From IMG/VR virus record IMGVR_UViG_3300022391_000001, positions 32,001 through 96,000 of that record: DNA of 64,000 bases; one strand, 5' to 3'. The translations under genes were made by a program, and so were the position numbers. Position 1 is the first letter of the stretch; each line of letters begins with the position of its first letter. Positions 1 to 8,777 of the stretch are shown here, piece by piece. The stretch is from a virus. The notes below the pieces were generated by a model. It ran no database searches. It worked only from the letters and a program-made list of their open reading frames with translations, and was not told where the DNA came from.

Positions 1-119
1 ATGATAGTAACCTCATGATCACCTCGCTGAAGTATGTGGTGTAAGTATCTTAGCTGAAACAGCGGCGCGGAGTCCTTCTGTCGGTTACACTTCCAAGAGT
101 TGCCACAAGGGAGGTGCCC

Positions 120-605
120 ATGAAGTTTGTCATTGCAGCCGTCTGTCTTCTCGCCCTCGTGGGGTGTGGGATGGGCAATCAATCCTACACGATTGATGGG
201 GTGCCTGTCGTGCTGGAGGATGGGACCGGGGCCAACCCGGTCAAGGAGCATCTCACCCTCGCTGTCCAGCTATTCCGACGCGATGCCCGAGACCATTGGG
301 AATTGGATGATGCCGATGATGCCTCCATTTGGAGGTCGCTGCGGGAGATCCGCTGGACACAAGAAGCGGTGATCGACGGAGCCCGCTATGATGAATCGCT
401 CCGCAATGTAGAAGCCAATTGGAAGGGCTGCGCTTTGGAAGTCCCCCTGTATCCCGCTTTGGGTGCGCACTACGTTTGGGAATTGACCAACGCGGCGCCC
501 TCCGAAGCTGAATTGGATTGGGCTGCTGAAGTGCAATTGGAAGCTGGGCCTGTGGTCTGCACCGGTGACCAAGGTGCATCCTTTTGGGATCAGATTGGGC
601 TGTAA
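120..605 (+). CDS. putative lipoprotein
   Basis: GGAGG RBS at about 110-114; N-terminus MKFVIAAVCLLALVGC carries a lipobox; one of the few plausible plus-strand genes. Confidence 0.7.
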   Translation: MKFVIAAVCLLALVGCGMGNQSYTIDGVPVVLEDGTGANPVKEHLTLAVQLFRRDARDHWELDDADDASIWRSLREIRWTQEAVIDGARYDESLRNVEANWKGCALEVPLYPALGAHYVWELTNAAPSEAELDWAAEVQLEAGPVVCTGDQGASFWDQIGL

Positions 606-615
606 CCGGCGGAGC

Positions 616-861
616 CTATGCTGACGGAGATGGCTCTGACGCCCCATCTGGGTGTCGAGCGATGCCGGCGTTGGCCCACATCATCGCTTGCTCCAGATGC
701 GTGAACGCCAGTGCTTTCTCCCGTCCTGCTGGAACCACCGCTGACAGCAACTTGGCAAACGCCCAAGCCATCCCGCGCACCTTCTCGTATTGGCGCTGCT
801 GGTTGGCGTTGGGCGGGTGATACACAAAGCGATCTTCCAGGTCTGACATATCCATCACCAT
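616..861 (-). CDS. Acb2/Tad1-like helical hairpin protein (candidate nucleotide-signal sponge, anti-defence)
   Basis: FVYHPP...QYEKVR...VPAGREKALAFTHLEQAMMWANAGIAR matches the F-x-YH-x-P...REKSLAxTKLEEAxMWAN family pattern; GGAGGG RBS. Confidence 0.7.
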   Translation of the reverse strand: MVMDMSDLEDRFVYHPPNANQQRQYEKVRGMAWAFAKLLSAVVPAGREKALAFTHLEQAMMWANAGIARHPDGASEPSPSA

Positions 862-872
862 CGCACCCTCCG

Positions 873-1097
873 TCAGCACAGCTCTTCAACACCGTTGGAA
901 TTCAGGATGTCCCAGAGCTGTTTCCGCGTCGTCTCGTATGCTTCGTGTTGGGCTTCAGTCAACTCTTCATATTTGAGTTTGGAACGCAACCACTGGTCGA
1001 TGTCGAACAGCGCGGAGCGATAGGAGCTGCCCTTGATGGCGTTGTCGAAGTCTTCACGCTCTTCAATGAGGTCAAATTTGAGCAGTGCCTCGGCCAT
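873..1097 (-). CDS. conserved phage hypothetical protein
   Basis: MAEALLKFDL...LFDIDQWLRSKLKY; GGAGG RBS. Confidence 0.65.
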   Translation of the reverse strand: MAEALLKFDLIEEREDFDNAIKGSSYRSALFDIDQWLRSKLKYEELTEAQHEAYETTRKQLWDILNSNGVEELC

Positions 1098-1102
1098 GAC
1101 AA

Positions 1103-1444
1103 CTATCCTCCCTTCAGCTTGTGCATCCAGATCATCGCATCCAAATACACTTCGCTGTTGAAACGACGATAATTGCCTAGATGGCCGATAAGCAAGTGAC
1201 AATTGATCCCATAGCGTCTGTTTTCGCACAAGGTCATCAGGTTGGACGTTGAAAGCTCCATGTCCGGCGCCAGGTGAAACGGGATTTTGTGGTGGACTTC
1301 CAGCCTCTTTGAGCTCCCGCACACCTGGCAAACCGGATGTGTTACTAGATGGGCTGCCCTGATCTTGCTCCAACTGGGACTCCGCTTGGCGCCCTTCGGC
1401 GCTTTGCCCTGAATCCTGTCCTTCAGCTGTTCTATCAGAGTCAT
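1103..1444 (-). CDS. HNH endonuclease
   Basis: CQVCG...LEVHH...NLMTLCE...CHLLIGH HNH/zinc motif. Confidence 0.85.
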   Translation of the reverse strand: MTLIEQLKDRIQGKAPKGAKRSPSWSKIRAAHLVTHPVCQVCGSSKRLEVHHKIPFHLAPDMELSTSNLMTLCENRRYGINCHLLIGHLGNYRRFNSEVYLDAMIWMHKLKGG

Positions 1445-1459
1445 GGCAGCCCTTCATGG

Positions 1460-1690
1460 TCAATCCTTTGTTGACTCGAACATTTCAGGGATCATCACTT
1501 GATGCTCCAAAAGCGCCTTCACAAACAACCCTTTGACGTGGATGAGCACCTTCAGGCTCTCATCATCGGCATCGTCAATGGCCTCCAATAGCGCTCCCGA
1601 GAATTGATCCAACACATTCCAATAGGACTCGCCATTGATGGCCGACAACGCCTCATCTGCCTCGTTGAACTTCATTGTGTATTCACTCAT
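1460..1690 (-). CDS. hypothetical protein, possible paralogue of 873-1097
   Basis: MSEYTMKFNEADEALSAINGESY resembles MAEALLKFDL...NAIKGSSY; GGAGG RBS. Confidence 0.6.
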   Translation of the reverse strand: MSEYTMKFNEADEALSAINGESYWNVLDQFSGALLEAIDDADDESLKVLIHVKGLFVKALLEHQVMIPEMFESTKD

Positions 1691-1946
1691 AACATCCTCC
1701 TGTCCGGTCCCTTGACGGACCAATTGAAAGCACAGCTTCCGTCGATCAATCGCAACCCGTTTCAATCACGTTGCGACAATTGAAGCATACCAATCCACCC
1801 TGGTGCGAAGTCAATCCACGACCGCAAACTGGGCAAATGAGCGTCGCCTCAATCGGGATATCACCTCCCTTGAATCGGCGATGGTGCCATGCTGTAACCC
1901 ATTCTGATTGACGGGTGGTCGCCGCGCCTTGCGTTTTGGGATGGGC

Positions 1947-2486
1947 TCATTGGGCACGTGTCCTCCTGAACCCTAGCAGGCGACCCCGTTTGATCGAGCC
2001 CTCGCACCCCGCGATGGGGCAAGGCGACCCCTCCTTGAGCCCCTTGGCCACCTCCAACCCTTCATGATCTGGCCCGTGTTTCTCGCACAACAGATCATAC
2101 ACGGCACCGATGCGTCCATATCCGTCGGCGAAGCGCCCGGCCACCTCGTTGAGCACGATCAACAGGGAGGTTTCGCCATCCTCGCCCTTCACGCGACACT
2201 CAGTCAGCTCTTCAAGAGCCAGTGGCATCTCTGCCCACAAACGCCGGAGGGTGCCGATGATCCGATCTGCCACGATGACGTCCAAGAGCCCGACACACGC
2301 GTCGCACGCTCGCGTTGCGTTCTTAGCCTGTTCTAGCTCGCCCTGGAGCCTAGACACAGACGCTTCCGCTGCGCTGCGCCTAGACACATTCTCGGCCAAT
2401 TCAGCGTCCAGCTCCTGAATCCGTCGGCGCAGATGTGTCACTTCGGTGTCGTCCACGAGCCCTCCCTTGTTATCCACCGGGCTCAT
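1947..2486 (-). CDS. hypothetical coiled-coil protein with Cys motifs
   Basis: 179-aa ORF, coupled to upstream gene (ATGA overlap). Confidence 0.6.
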   Translation of the reverse strand: MSPVDNKGGLVDDTEVTHLRRRIQELDAELAENVSRRSAAEASVSRLQGELEQAKNATRACDACVGLLDVIVADRIIGTLRRLWAEMPLALEELTECRVKGEDGETSLLIVLNEVAGRFADGYGRIGAVYDLLCEKHGPDHEGLEVAKGLKEGSPCPIAGCEGSIKRGRLLGFRRTRAQ

Positions 2487-2704
2487 TCACTCTCTTTGGA
2501 TGACAAGTAGCGTAGCTCATCAGCCAGGGAGCGGAGCTGCCTCGGTGTCAGTTGCAACTCAACCTCGCACTCGTGGTCGGCATCCGATGTCCTGGACAAT
2601 CCCAGATGCACATCCCCGCGCCGATCCACTCGGACCACCACCATGCCCCTGTCGGTCATCAACCGCGTCTCTTCATCCTGTGGCTCTTCATCATCGTCAA
2701 ACAT
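2483..2704 (-). CDS. hypothetical protein
   Basis: 73-aa ORF in a tightly packed operon. Confidence 0.55.
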   Translation of the reverse strand: MFDDDEEPQDEETRLMTDRGMVVVRVDRRGDVHLGLSRTSDADHECEVELQLTPRQLRSLADELRYLSSKESE

Positions 2705-2712
2705 CGCAAACC

Positions 2713-3069
2713 TCAGTTCAGCCGGGAAATCTCCGCGCTGTCATCGTCCATCTTCACCACCTTGAAGGGCGGCTCCGGAATCAACTTGCTCACCACCTCG
2801 GGTCCGAGATGCTTCACCAACCCACCTATCGTAACATCAAGCGCCTGCGATGCGATGACAAATTGCTCGGCGGCCAATTGAGCTTGAGCCGAAGCGGTCT
2901 TGATTCCGTGAAGCACCGCGACAAACGCTTGCGTCCACCCTTGGATGCCGGCGGCGTCGGCGATGCGACGGAGATCCGCAAAGCGCTTCTCCACCTCCGC
3001 CACCCACGCGCCCATCCCTTGCATCGCTGACAACAGCTCCACCCGCTGCCCCTGGTCTTGTCCGTTCAT
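2713..3069 (-). CDS. hypothetical protein
   Basis: MNGQDQGQRVELL..., AGGAG RBS. Confidence 0.6.
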   Translation of the reverse strand: MNGQDQGQRVELLSAMQGMGAWVAEVEKRFADLRRIADAAGIQGWTQAFVAVLHGIKTASAQAQLAAEQFVIASQALDVTIGGLVKHLGPEVVSKLIPEPPFKVVKMDDDSAEISRLN

Positions 3070-3486
3070 CGCTCCTTGCTTTCTCTGTCGAACTTCTCTT
3101 GGTGCTCTATCATTTTCATCCAGAAGCGCCGTTGCCGCCCTTCTTTCCACCGGCGAAACTCAATCGCCCCCACCACGATTGTCGCCAACACAACTGCCAC
3201 CATGAAGTCTTGATCGCACGCCATCTCCCTCCCCTGGAGCTGGACGTTGATATTCCAACCACGCTTCATATTCGGCGGCGCACACCGGACACATCTCGGC
3301 GCCGTCCATGATCCTCCGACGGTCCACGATGGTTCCGACCCGTATCCAACGGTGTTGGTCGAGTGGTATCAAATTCACGAGCGGCTGGCGACAGAAGGTG
3401 CTCAAGCCGATAACGTGATGGACTTTGATCATTTGGATTGAGCCGCGCAACGGCGACAAAGATGGGCGCGTTTGCTGATTCGCAAT

Positions 3487-3717
3487 TCACCCCTCATCTA
3501 TCCGACACCAATCAATCGCCAGGATGTCGGTCTGCGATGCCAGCCAAGGCACGAGGTCCCCTGTCACCGTGCTCATGTAGATGTATGGTAAAGTCATCTT
3601 TGAGTTCTCATCCGGCTCCTGCAACGCGAGCCACATGCCCTTGCCATTCCATCCTTCGCGGTAGACCTTGCCGCCGATTCTGAGCTGCTCAAGTGCTTCG
3701 CCAAACGTCATCTTCAT
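3487..3717 (-). CDS. tad2: DUF2829 / Thoeris anti-defence 2 (Tad2)-family protein
   Basis: MTFGEALEQLRIGGKVYREGWNGKGMWL...PYIYM...VPWLASQTDILAIDW is the characteristic DUF2829 signature. Confidence 0.85.
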   Translation of the reverse strand: MKMTFGEALEQLRIGGKVYREGWNGKGMWLALQEPDENSKMTLPYIYMSTVTGDLVPWLASQTDILAIDWCRIDEG

Positions 3718-3893
3718 TCGTCATCATCCTCTTCAATGTCATCGTCGTCAAAGGCGTCGATGGCCGCCGCAACGTCCCAACAATATTGGGCTAGTTCATC
3801 GGAGTCAAAATTCTCAAATGCTTTGGCGGACATCGCCGCCACTGCCAGCTTCACTGTTGTTTCCTTCACCTTCTTGATTTGTTTTTCTGACAT
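3714..3893 (-). CDS. small helical protein with acidic tail
   Basis: 59-aa ORF with AGGAG RBS; homologous to 4201-4443. Confidence 0.65.
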   Translation of the reverse strand: MSEKQIKKVKETTVKLAVAAMSAKAFENFDSDELAQYCWDVAAAIDAFDDDDIEEDDDE

Positions 3894-4200
3894 CTTGCGC
3901 TCCTGTTCAGTTACCTGGTGCCGGAGGTGTGGAACCTCCCTGTTCCACGGCGTCACGATTTGCCTGCTTCGCAGCCATCGGCTTTCCGCGAAGGGATTAT
4001 GACCGGCAGAGCGGCGCGATGCTGGCCAACAGACATCGCGCTGTGTTCCCCGGCTCGCCTGTGCTCCACAGACTCAGGTCAATTCCTGCTGTTGACCGGC
4101 GGCATACATTCCGCCGACGCCAAATCTCCAGCATCCAGGGTCCCGGCAGGATAGCTCGCTTGAGCAGCTTCGGCTAGACTGTACTCAAGGGAGGACAACA

Positions 4201-4443
4201 ATGCATAAAGTGATCATCGCCCTCGGGCTTGCCCTTGCTATGGTCGTGCCCGTCGCCAGCAGCATCGCTGGCCCTGATCCCAAACCCAAAGATCCTACCA
4301 AGAAAGTGCAGGAGCTTGCGGGCGCTTGCGTCCTGGAAGGCATGGGCGCGGGTGCCTTCCAGACTCTCACCGCTGAAGAGCTTGCTGCCTACTGCGTGAC
4401 CGTCGCCGTTCAGATCTTTGAGGCTGACTACACCGCGCCTTGA
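4201..4443 (+). CDS. secreted protein (signal peptide), paralogue of 3714-3893
   Basis: GGAGG RBS; MHKVIIALGLALAMVVPVASSIA signal peptide; KKVxE...AF...ELAxYC core. Confidence 0.7.
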   Translation: MHKVIIALGLALAMVVPVASSIAGPDPKPKDPTKKVQELAGACVLEGMGAGAFQTLTAEELAAYCVTVAVQIFEADYTAP

Positions 4444-4711
4444 CGCCCTCGCTCGGAGGGTGGGGCTGGGATGTAGAGCTTAGGTGCCGTCAAGGCACCC
4501 CCGCCGACCACGCAGGCCCTCCGGCTTGGAAACCGGTGCTCGGTTTCAGGGTCTGGCAACCCTTGGTCTATCCCACGCGTGCCAGCGCGCTGCCCCTCAA
4601 TTCTCCGCTGTAGAACCTCGATGGCCGCCGCGTAGTTGGCGGCGGCGCCGTCGCATCGGTTCCGCATAGCGCGATTGAGCATGTTCTCCAAGACCGCCAA
4701 AGTCAACTCCG

Positions 4712-4981
4712 TCATTCCCAACCTCGCTGCTTCTTGCTCCACGTCCACAAATACCAACGCCTGCCGGGCACCTGCGGAAGTGACGCCAAATCCCTTTGGT
4801 CATACACCGTCCACCCTCGTTCAGTGGGCTTGCAGTCCGAGTCTATCCACCCGGCGTCAATCACGGTCTGGACATGGTGTTCCAGCCCCAACCAGCTCCC
4901 GAAGTAAGCACCCGCTTGCCCATGCTCCACGCACCCCTTCAGCACAGCGAACTGGATGCGTCTGTCGTCGCTGTAGAGCAT
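4712..4981 (-). CDS. hypothetical protein
   Basis: 89-aa ORF with GGAGGG RBS. Confidence 0.5.
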   Translation of the reverse strand: MLYSDDRRIQFAVLKGCVEHGQAGAYFGSWLGLEHHVQTVIDAGWIDSDCKPTERGWTVYDQRDLASLPQVPGRRWYLWTWSKKQRGWE

Positions 4982-4982
4982 C

Positions 4983-5318
4983 TCACCCTCCGTCCTGCTT
5001 GAAGTGGTTGTCTTGCTGTATGATCATGGGCGGCAAGCACTCTCGAAGCTGACGCTCTGTGGTCGCCTTGATGACTTCGGTGAGATATTTCGCGTGCTGA
5101 ACTAGACAGGCGGCCAAGATTTGAGCCACTGGCGCGTCGGGCCTGTGGTTGAGCCACGTCGTCATGGATGCCCGGATCACCGGGTCGTACAGCGACGCCA
5201 GCTCCATCAAAGCATTGGCTGTGGGCAAGTCGACACCCGCCTTATGCATCCTGAGTACAAAATCAGCACTTCTGGTCAACAATGGGGTCTTCTCCAATTC
5301 CCGGAGTTTGAATTCCAA
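4983..5318 (-). CDS. hypothetical protein
   Basis: 111-aa ORF packed in the operon. Confidence 0.5.
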   Translation of the reverse strand: MEFKLRELEKTPLLTRSADFVLRMHKAGVDLPTANALMELASLYDPVIRASMTTWLNHRPDAPVAQILAACLVQHAKYLTEVIKATTERQLRECLPPMIIQQDNHFKQDGG

Positions 5319-5370
5319 TAGTTCAGTCGCCTCAGATCACACGCCCCGAACCGCAGCGCCCTGTCATCGA

Positions 5371-6066
5371 TTAAAGATGGTCGCCGCTCCGATCATAGAC
5401 GATCTCGATGCCCGAGGTGTCGTTCAGCGCCGACGCGAAGCGCTCCTGGTGCTGCTCCGGGAGCAGCTCCCATCCGATACACAGACGCTGTGGCGCCACC
5501 GCGTCGCCCATCACCCACTCCGTCAACGCTCGATGCATGTCCCCGCACACCCTGTAGTTGGCCACCAGCACCATCCCGTCGATGGCCATCCCGGTCACCG
5601 TCGGATTGCTCTCGGGATCATACAGCGACACCCGAGTCACCGCTGAACCGGGCATCTTGCCCCTGTAGCCGATACACCCGAGATTGTCCAGCGAGTCCTG
5701 CCACAGCGGTTGGTACTCCAAAAGCCGCTCCCGATACCAAAGCGTGCGCTCCTGGATGTCGACCTTGGTTGGCGGCGCCGTGTGGCGAGTGTGCACCCCT
5801 CGGGATATCTGCTCCAAAAAGTCTTCATCGGGATACATGAGGGATTGGTCCAAACGGTCTGTGTCCACCTCCACGACCCCCCAACGCTCGCCCTCGGAGG
5901 TGGCGTTGAAGGCGAAGTGAAGAGCATAGGTGCTCGTGAGATACACCAGCTGGTCAGTGGAGCCGATACGCCAGTTGGACTTCCGACGGGTGACCGCCCG
6001 TGGGGCCAGCCCCTCGGAGGGTGCCCGTCGGGCAACGTCGGCGGAGGTGCCGTGGTACAGCTTCAT
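5371..6066 (-). CDS. ADP-ribosyltransferase-fold protein (H-G-T ... VYLT clade)
   Basis: N-terminal LYHGTS, G-L, VYLT and A-x-x-FA, plus a later acidic PDEDFLE, in the order typical of ART/Tpt1-like NAD-binding folds. Confidence 0.65.
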   Translation of the reverse strand: MKLYHGTSADVARRAPSEGLAPRAVTRRKSNWRIGSTDQLVYLTSTYALHFAFNATSEGERWGVVEVDTDRLDQSLMYPDEDFLEQISRGVHTRHTAPPTKVDIQERTLWYRERLLEYQPLWQDSLDNLGCIGYRGKMPGSAVTRVSLYDPESNPTVTGMAIDGMVLVANYRVCGDMHRALTEWVMGDAVAPQRLCIGWELLPEQHQERFASALNDTSGIEIVYDRSGDHL

Positions 6067-6068
6067 GC

Positions 6069-6338
6069 TCAGTGCCCGTTTGGATCTGGATTTGGCCGCT
6101 TCCGGTGCTCTTCAGGGTCGGAGGTGAAGTTGAACCCCGCGTCCTGGAGCCGTCGGATGATGTCGTTTTCAGTCTCACCGTACTCAATCACCAGATGGAA
6201 ATTCAACGCTCCGCCCGTCGCCGACGGTGTCTTGTGGATGGGCATGCCTTCTCGGAGCTTCCGGAGGTTCATCTCTGACAGCCCGATAACCACCATCGGC
6301 GTCCCGTCGCCTGCTCGCGTCCCCGCAATCAACATCAT
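6069..6338 (-). CDS. hypothetical protein
   Basis: MMLIAG...VVIGLSEMNLRKLREGMPI; GGAGG RBS. Confidence 0.6.
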   Translation of the reverse strand: MMLIAGTRAGDGTPMVVIGLSEMNLRKLREGMPIHKTPSATGGALNFHLVIEYGETENDIIRRLQDAGFNFTSDPEEHRKRPNPDPNGH

Positions 6339-6385
6339 ATCCTCCAAAACGTTTGAGTGATTCACTAGGGATTACACTTCAAGAA

Positions 6386-6736
6386 TCACGCCAGGTGCCC
6401 GTCCTCAGTGCGCGTGATCTCCCAATAACCGCTGGCATCGACCATCAGACGCTGGATGCCCATCTTGGCCATGTCCTTGTGGATGCGCGCTGCGTACCAA
6501 TCGAAGTTGGACTTGGACTTCTTGCCCCGGCGCTGCGGTTTCTCCCGGGCAATCTCCGTCTCAATTTCCTTCAGCGTCGCAAAGCACACTCCGAGCCCGA
6601 AGCGCTTGCGCACACGCTTCGCTGCCTCGTTCATCGAGCACCCCGCTAACATCTCACGCTTCGCCGCCGCCCTTCGTGCACGGAGGGCTTCCCGGGTCCC
6701 GGCACCCGTTGGCTTGTCTTCTCGGTTCTTTGCCAT
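6386..6736 (-). CDS. basic hypothetical protein, possibly DNA-binding
   Basis: 116-aa Arg/Lys-rich ORF with GAGG RBS. Confidence 0.55.
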   Translation of the reverse strand: MAKNREDKPTGAGTREALRARRAAAKREMLAGCSMNEAAKRVRKRFGLGVCFATLKEIETEIAREKPQRRGKKSKSNFDWYAARIHKDMAKMGIQRLMVDASGYWEITRTEDGHLA

Positions 6737-6922
6737 CCTCGGTGCCTTTCGTTGCCCGTCGGGACTTTCTACAGCGGTGACGTGGGCGACGCTGAAGCCT
6801 TGGCTGACTGGAGCTGATAAAGGCTGATAAAACAGACGCTCGGAGCGCTTCCGATCGGTATATCAGCCGTTTTCCGCTGGTTTCGGCTGGTTATAAGGCA
6901 CGAAAACAGCCAAATCGCACTG

Positions 6923-7033
6923 TTTCGGCGTGTTTTCGGCCATTTTCGTCTGGTTTTCGGCGTGTTTTCGGCCATTTTCGTCTGGTTTTCGGCGTGTTTT
7001 AGGGCCTTTTTCGTGTGGTTTTCGGCGTGTTTC
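6923..7033. repeat. tandem repeat of a 32-33 bp unit, about 3.4 copies, with phased T-tracts
   Basis: TTTCGGCGTGTTTTCGGCCATTTTCGTCTGGT twice exactly, then a degenerate third copy and a partial fourth. Confidence 0.9.
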
Positions 7034-7042
7034 TATATCACT

Positions 7043-7750
7043 TCAGAGTGGGACTGGGCCAAGGCTGATGCGTTTTTTGCCATTATTTTTGGGACGTTTG
7101 GCGTGTCTGATTGTGCCGCCGGTGGGTTTCTTGGGTGGGGGCGGAGGTGTGGGGTGTGGGGGTGCCGACTCGGGATGGGGCTCGGGCGACGCTTCCGGGC
7201 TCGGATCTGTCGCGTTGTGGACAGCGAGCTGGCGAGGGTCCATGTCGATAATGGACTGATCACCATACTTGGACATCAACTTTTCTAGCACCGCCAGCTC
7301 CGAGGTGATCATGGAACGCAATTCCTTGTTGCTCAACTCGGTCACGATAACGCCGTTGACCACCTCCTTGCGCTCCGGCTGGCGATGGATGAGGCCGAAG
7401 CTCTGCCCACGGTCAATCAGCTTGTCGTATATCTCTGAACGGGCGCGCACTGCGCCGACCATGGCGGAATACTGCTTGGACCGCTTGAACTCGGCAATCA
7501 TGGCCGATAGGTCACGAACGTTCTCTGCCTGCTTCATCATGTAGTCAACATAGACGTGCTCCACCGGCCGGCGGCGAAGGTTCTCAGACTCCTGGTCAAA
7601 CATAGCGGCTTTCAGCTCATTGTATTCGCTGGCTGAAAGTCCCATTTCTTCTTGGACTTCTTTGTCGCTCTTGCCCGATGCCAACCGACCATAGATCGTT
7701 GACACCGCCTCAGCCACCATTTTCCGGGTGTATCGGGATATCTGGGCCAT
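7043..7750 (-). CDS. HTH/helical protein, possible terminase small subunit
   Basis: N-terminal HTH-like GKSDKEVQEEMGLSASEY, helical core, ELSNKELR motif and Pro/Lys-rich tail; the TerS call is inference. Confidence 0.45.
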   Translation of the reverse strand: MAQISRYTRKMVAEAVSTIYGRLASGKSDKEVQEEMGLSASEYNELKAAMFDQESENLRRRPVEHVYVDYMMKQAENVRDLSAMIAEFKRSKQYSAMVGAVRARSEIYDKLIDRGQSFGLIHRQPERKEVVNGVIVTELSNKELRSMITSELAVLEKLMSKYGDQSIIDMDPRQLAVHNATDPSPEASPEPHPESAPPHPTPPPPPKKPTGGTIRHAKRPKNNGKKRISLGPVPL

Positions 7751-8066
7751 CGCTCACTTCCTTTCTGACCATCGTCACCACATCCGCAAAGGCGAACATC
7801 ATCGGAAACAATACCCCAAATGCCCATGCAGAGCGAGTAGTGGGGCTGGGGTGAGAGTCCACTCGGTCCATCGCATCTGCACTCGAATACAAGGTGTACA
7901 CACCGAAGCGAATGCGCCAGTGCCATCCGGGATACAGCCGCGACAACGCAGAACGGGAATCAACGATGTACACCAGAGTCGGCACCTCAACGGCCGTCCG
8001 ATAATGAGCATGAGACCATGGCAAGATGAAGTGAGCGACCTTGGACAACATTCGGACCAGGAGCAT
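7710..8066 (-). CDS. hypothetical protein
   Basis: 118-aa ORF with GGAGG RBS. Confidence 0.5.
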   Translation of the reverse strand: MLLVRMLSKVAHFILPWSHAHYRTAVEVPTLVYIVDSRSALSRLYPGWHWRIRFGVYTLYSSADAMDRVDSHPSPTTRSAWAFGVLFPMMFAFADVVTMVRKEVSDGPDIPIHPENGG

Positions 8067-8102
8067 TGGACACCTCCCAGTCTTAGTCTAGCCCGAGTCT
8101 GC

Positions 8103-8651
8103 TCAATTGAAATGCAAGACACAACGACTAAGCACACCGACACCGGCGATGCGACTCTGGAGACAGTGACCCACCTCACGGAAGTGGTCAACGATTTGCT
8201 CCAACAGTCCGGTCACCGGCGGAGTTGACGCTTCAGCGTAGGCTCGCCCTGGCGCCGAAGCGGATACCTTCACCCAGTTGCCATGGACAGCGGCAGTGCC
8301 ATCCTCCAACAATACATGGGCTATGCCGCCAACCACCACCCACGTGGGCTGGCCCGCCGCAGCGCCGTTCTCATACACAACCCCGAAGGGATCGAATGAA
8401 TCCGCCGGAGCGAGGACAAAGCCGCCCTCCGCCGCCCGGTCGACACTTACAACCGAGCCTCTCACGCTCGGCACGCCAGTGCCGTTGAGCAGCCGGATTG
8501 CAAAACCACCGTCTGGAGTGAAGCGCGAGGCACAGTCCGATGTCTCGCCCCATCCCAGCGAAGTGGAAAGAAGCTCCAGAAGAACAGCGGCGTGCGCTTC
8601 GCTCACCCCGGTGCCACTCAGAGCGTCGGCGAGTGCCTTGGGAATTGTCAT
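8103..8651 (-). CDS. putative virion beta-rich (cement/fibre-domain-like) protein
   Basis: FTPDGGFAIRLLNGTG...GVVYENG...WVVVGGIAHVLL...HFREVGHCL; Gly/Val-rich beta pattern seen in phage structural domains. Confidence 0.5.
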   Translation of the reverse strand: MTIPKALADALSGTGVSEAHAAVLLELLSTSLGWGETSDCASRFTPDGGFAIRLLNGTGVPSVRGSVVSVDRAAEGGFVLAPADSFDPFGVVYENGAAAGQPTWVVVGGIAHVLLEDGTAAVHGNWVKVSASAPGRAYAEASTPPVTGLLEQIVDHFREVGHCLQSRIAGVGVLSRCVLHFN

Positions 8652-8777
8652 TGATAGGCTCCTAACAGGGTTGAATCGGAATGCGACAGAGTCTAGCCTG
8701 TGGGCGACCGATTGGCGAAACATCGGAGCTTGCCGGAAAGGACACATTCAGAAATACGTTGGCCGGAGGTGACCGCG

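Noticed and set aside
6923-7033. CRISPR array (32-bp repeats)
   Set aside because: The units are directly adjacent with no unique spacers, and no cas genes are present.
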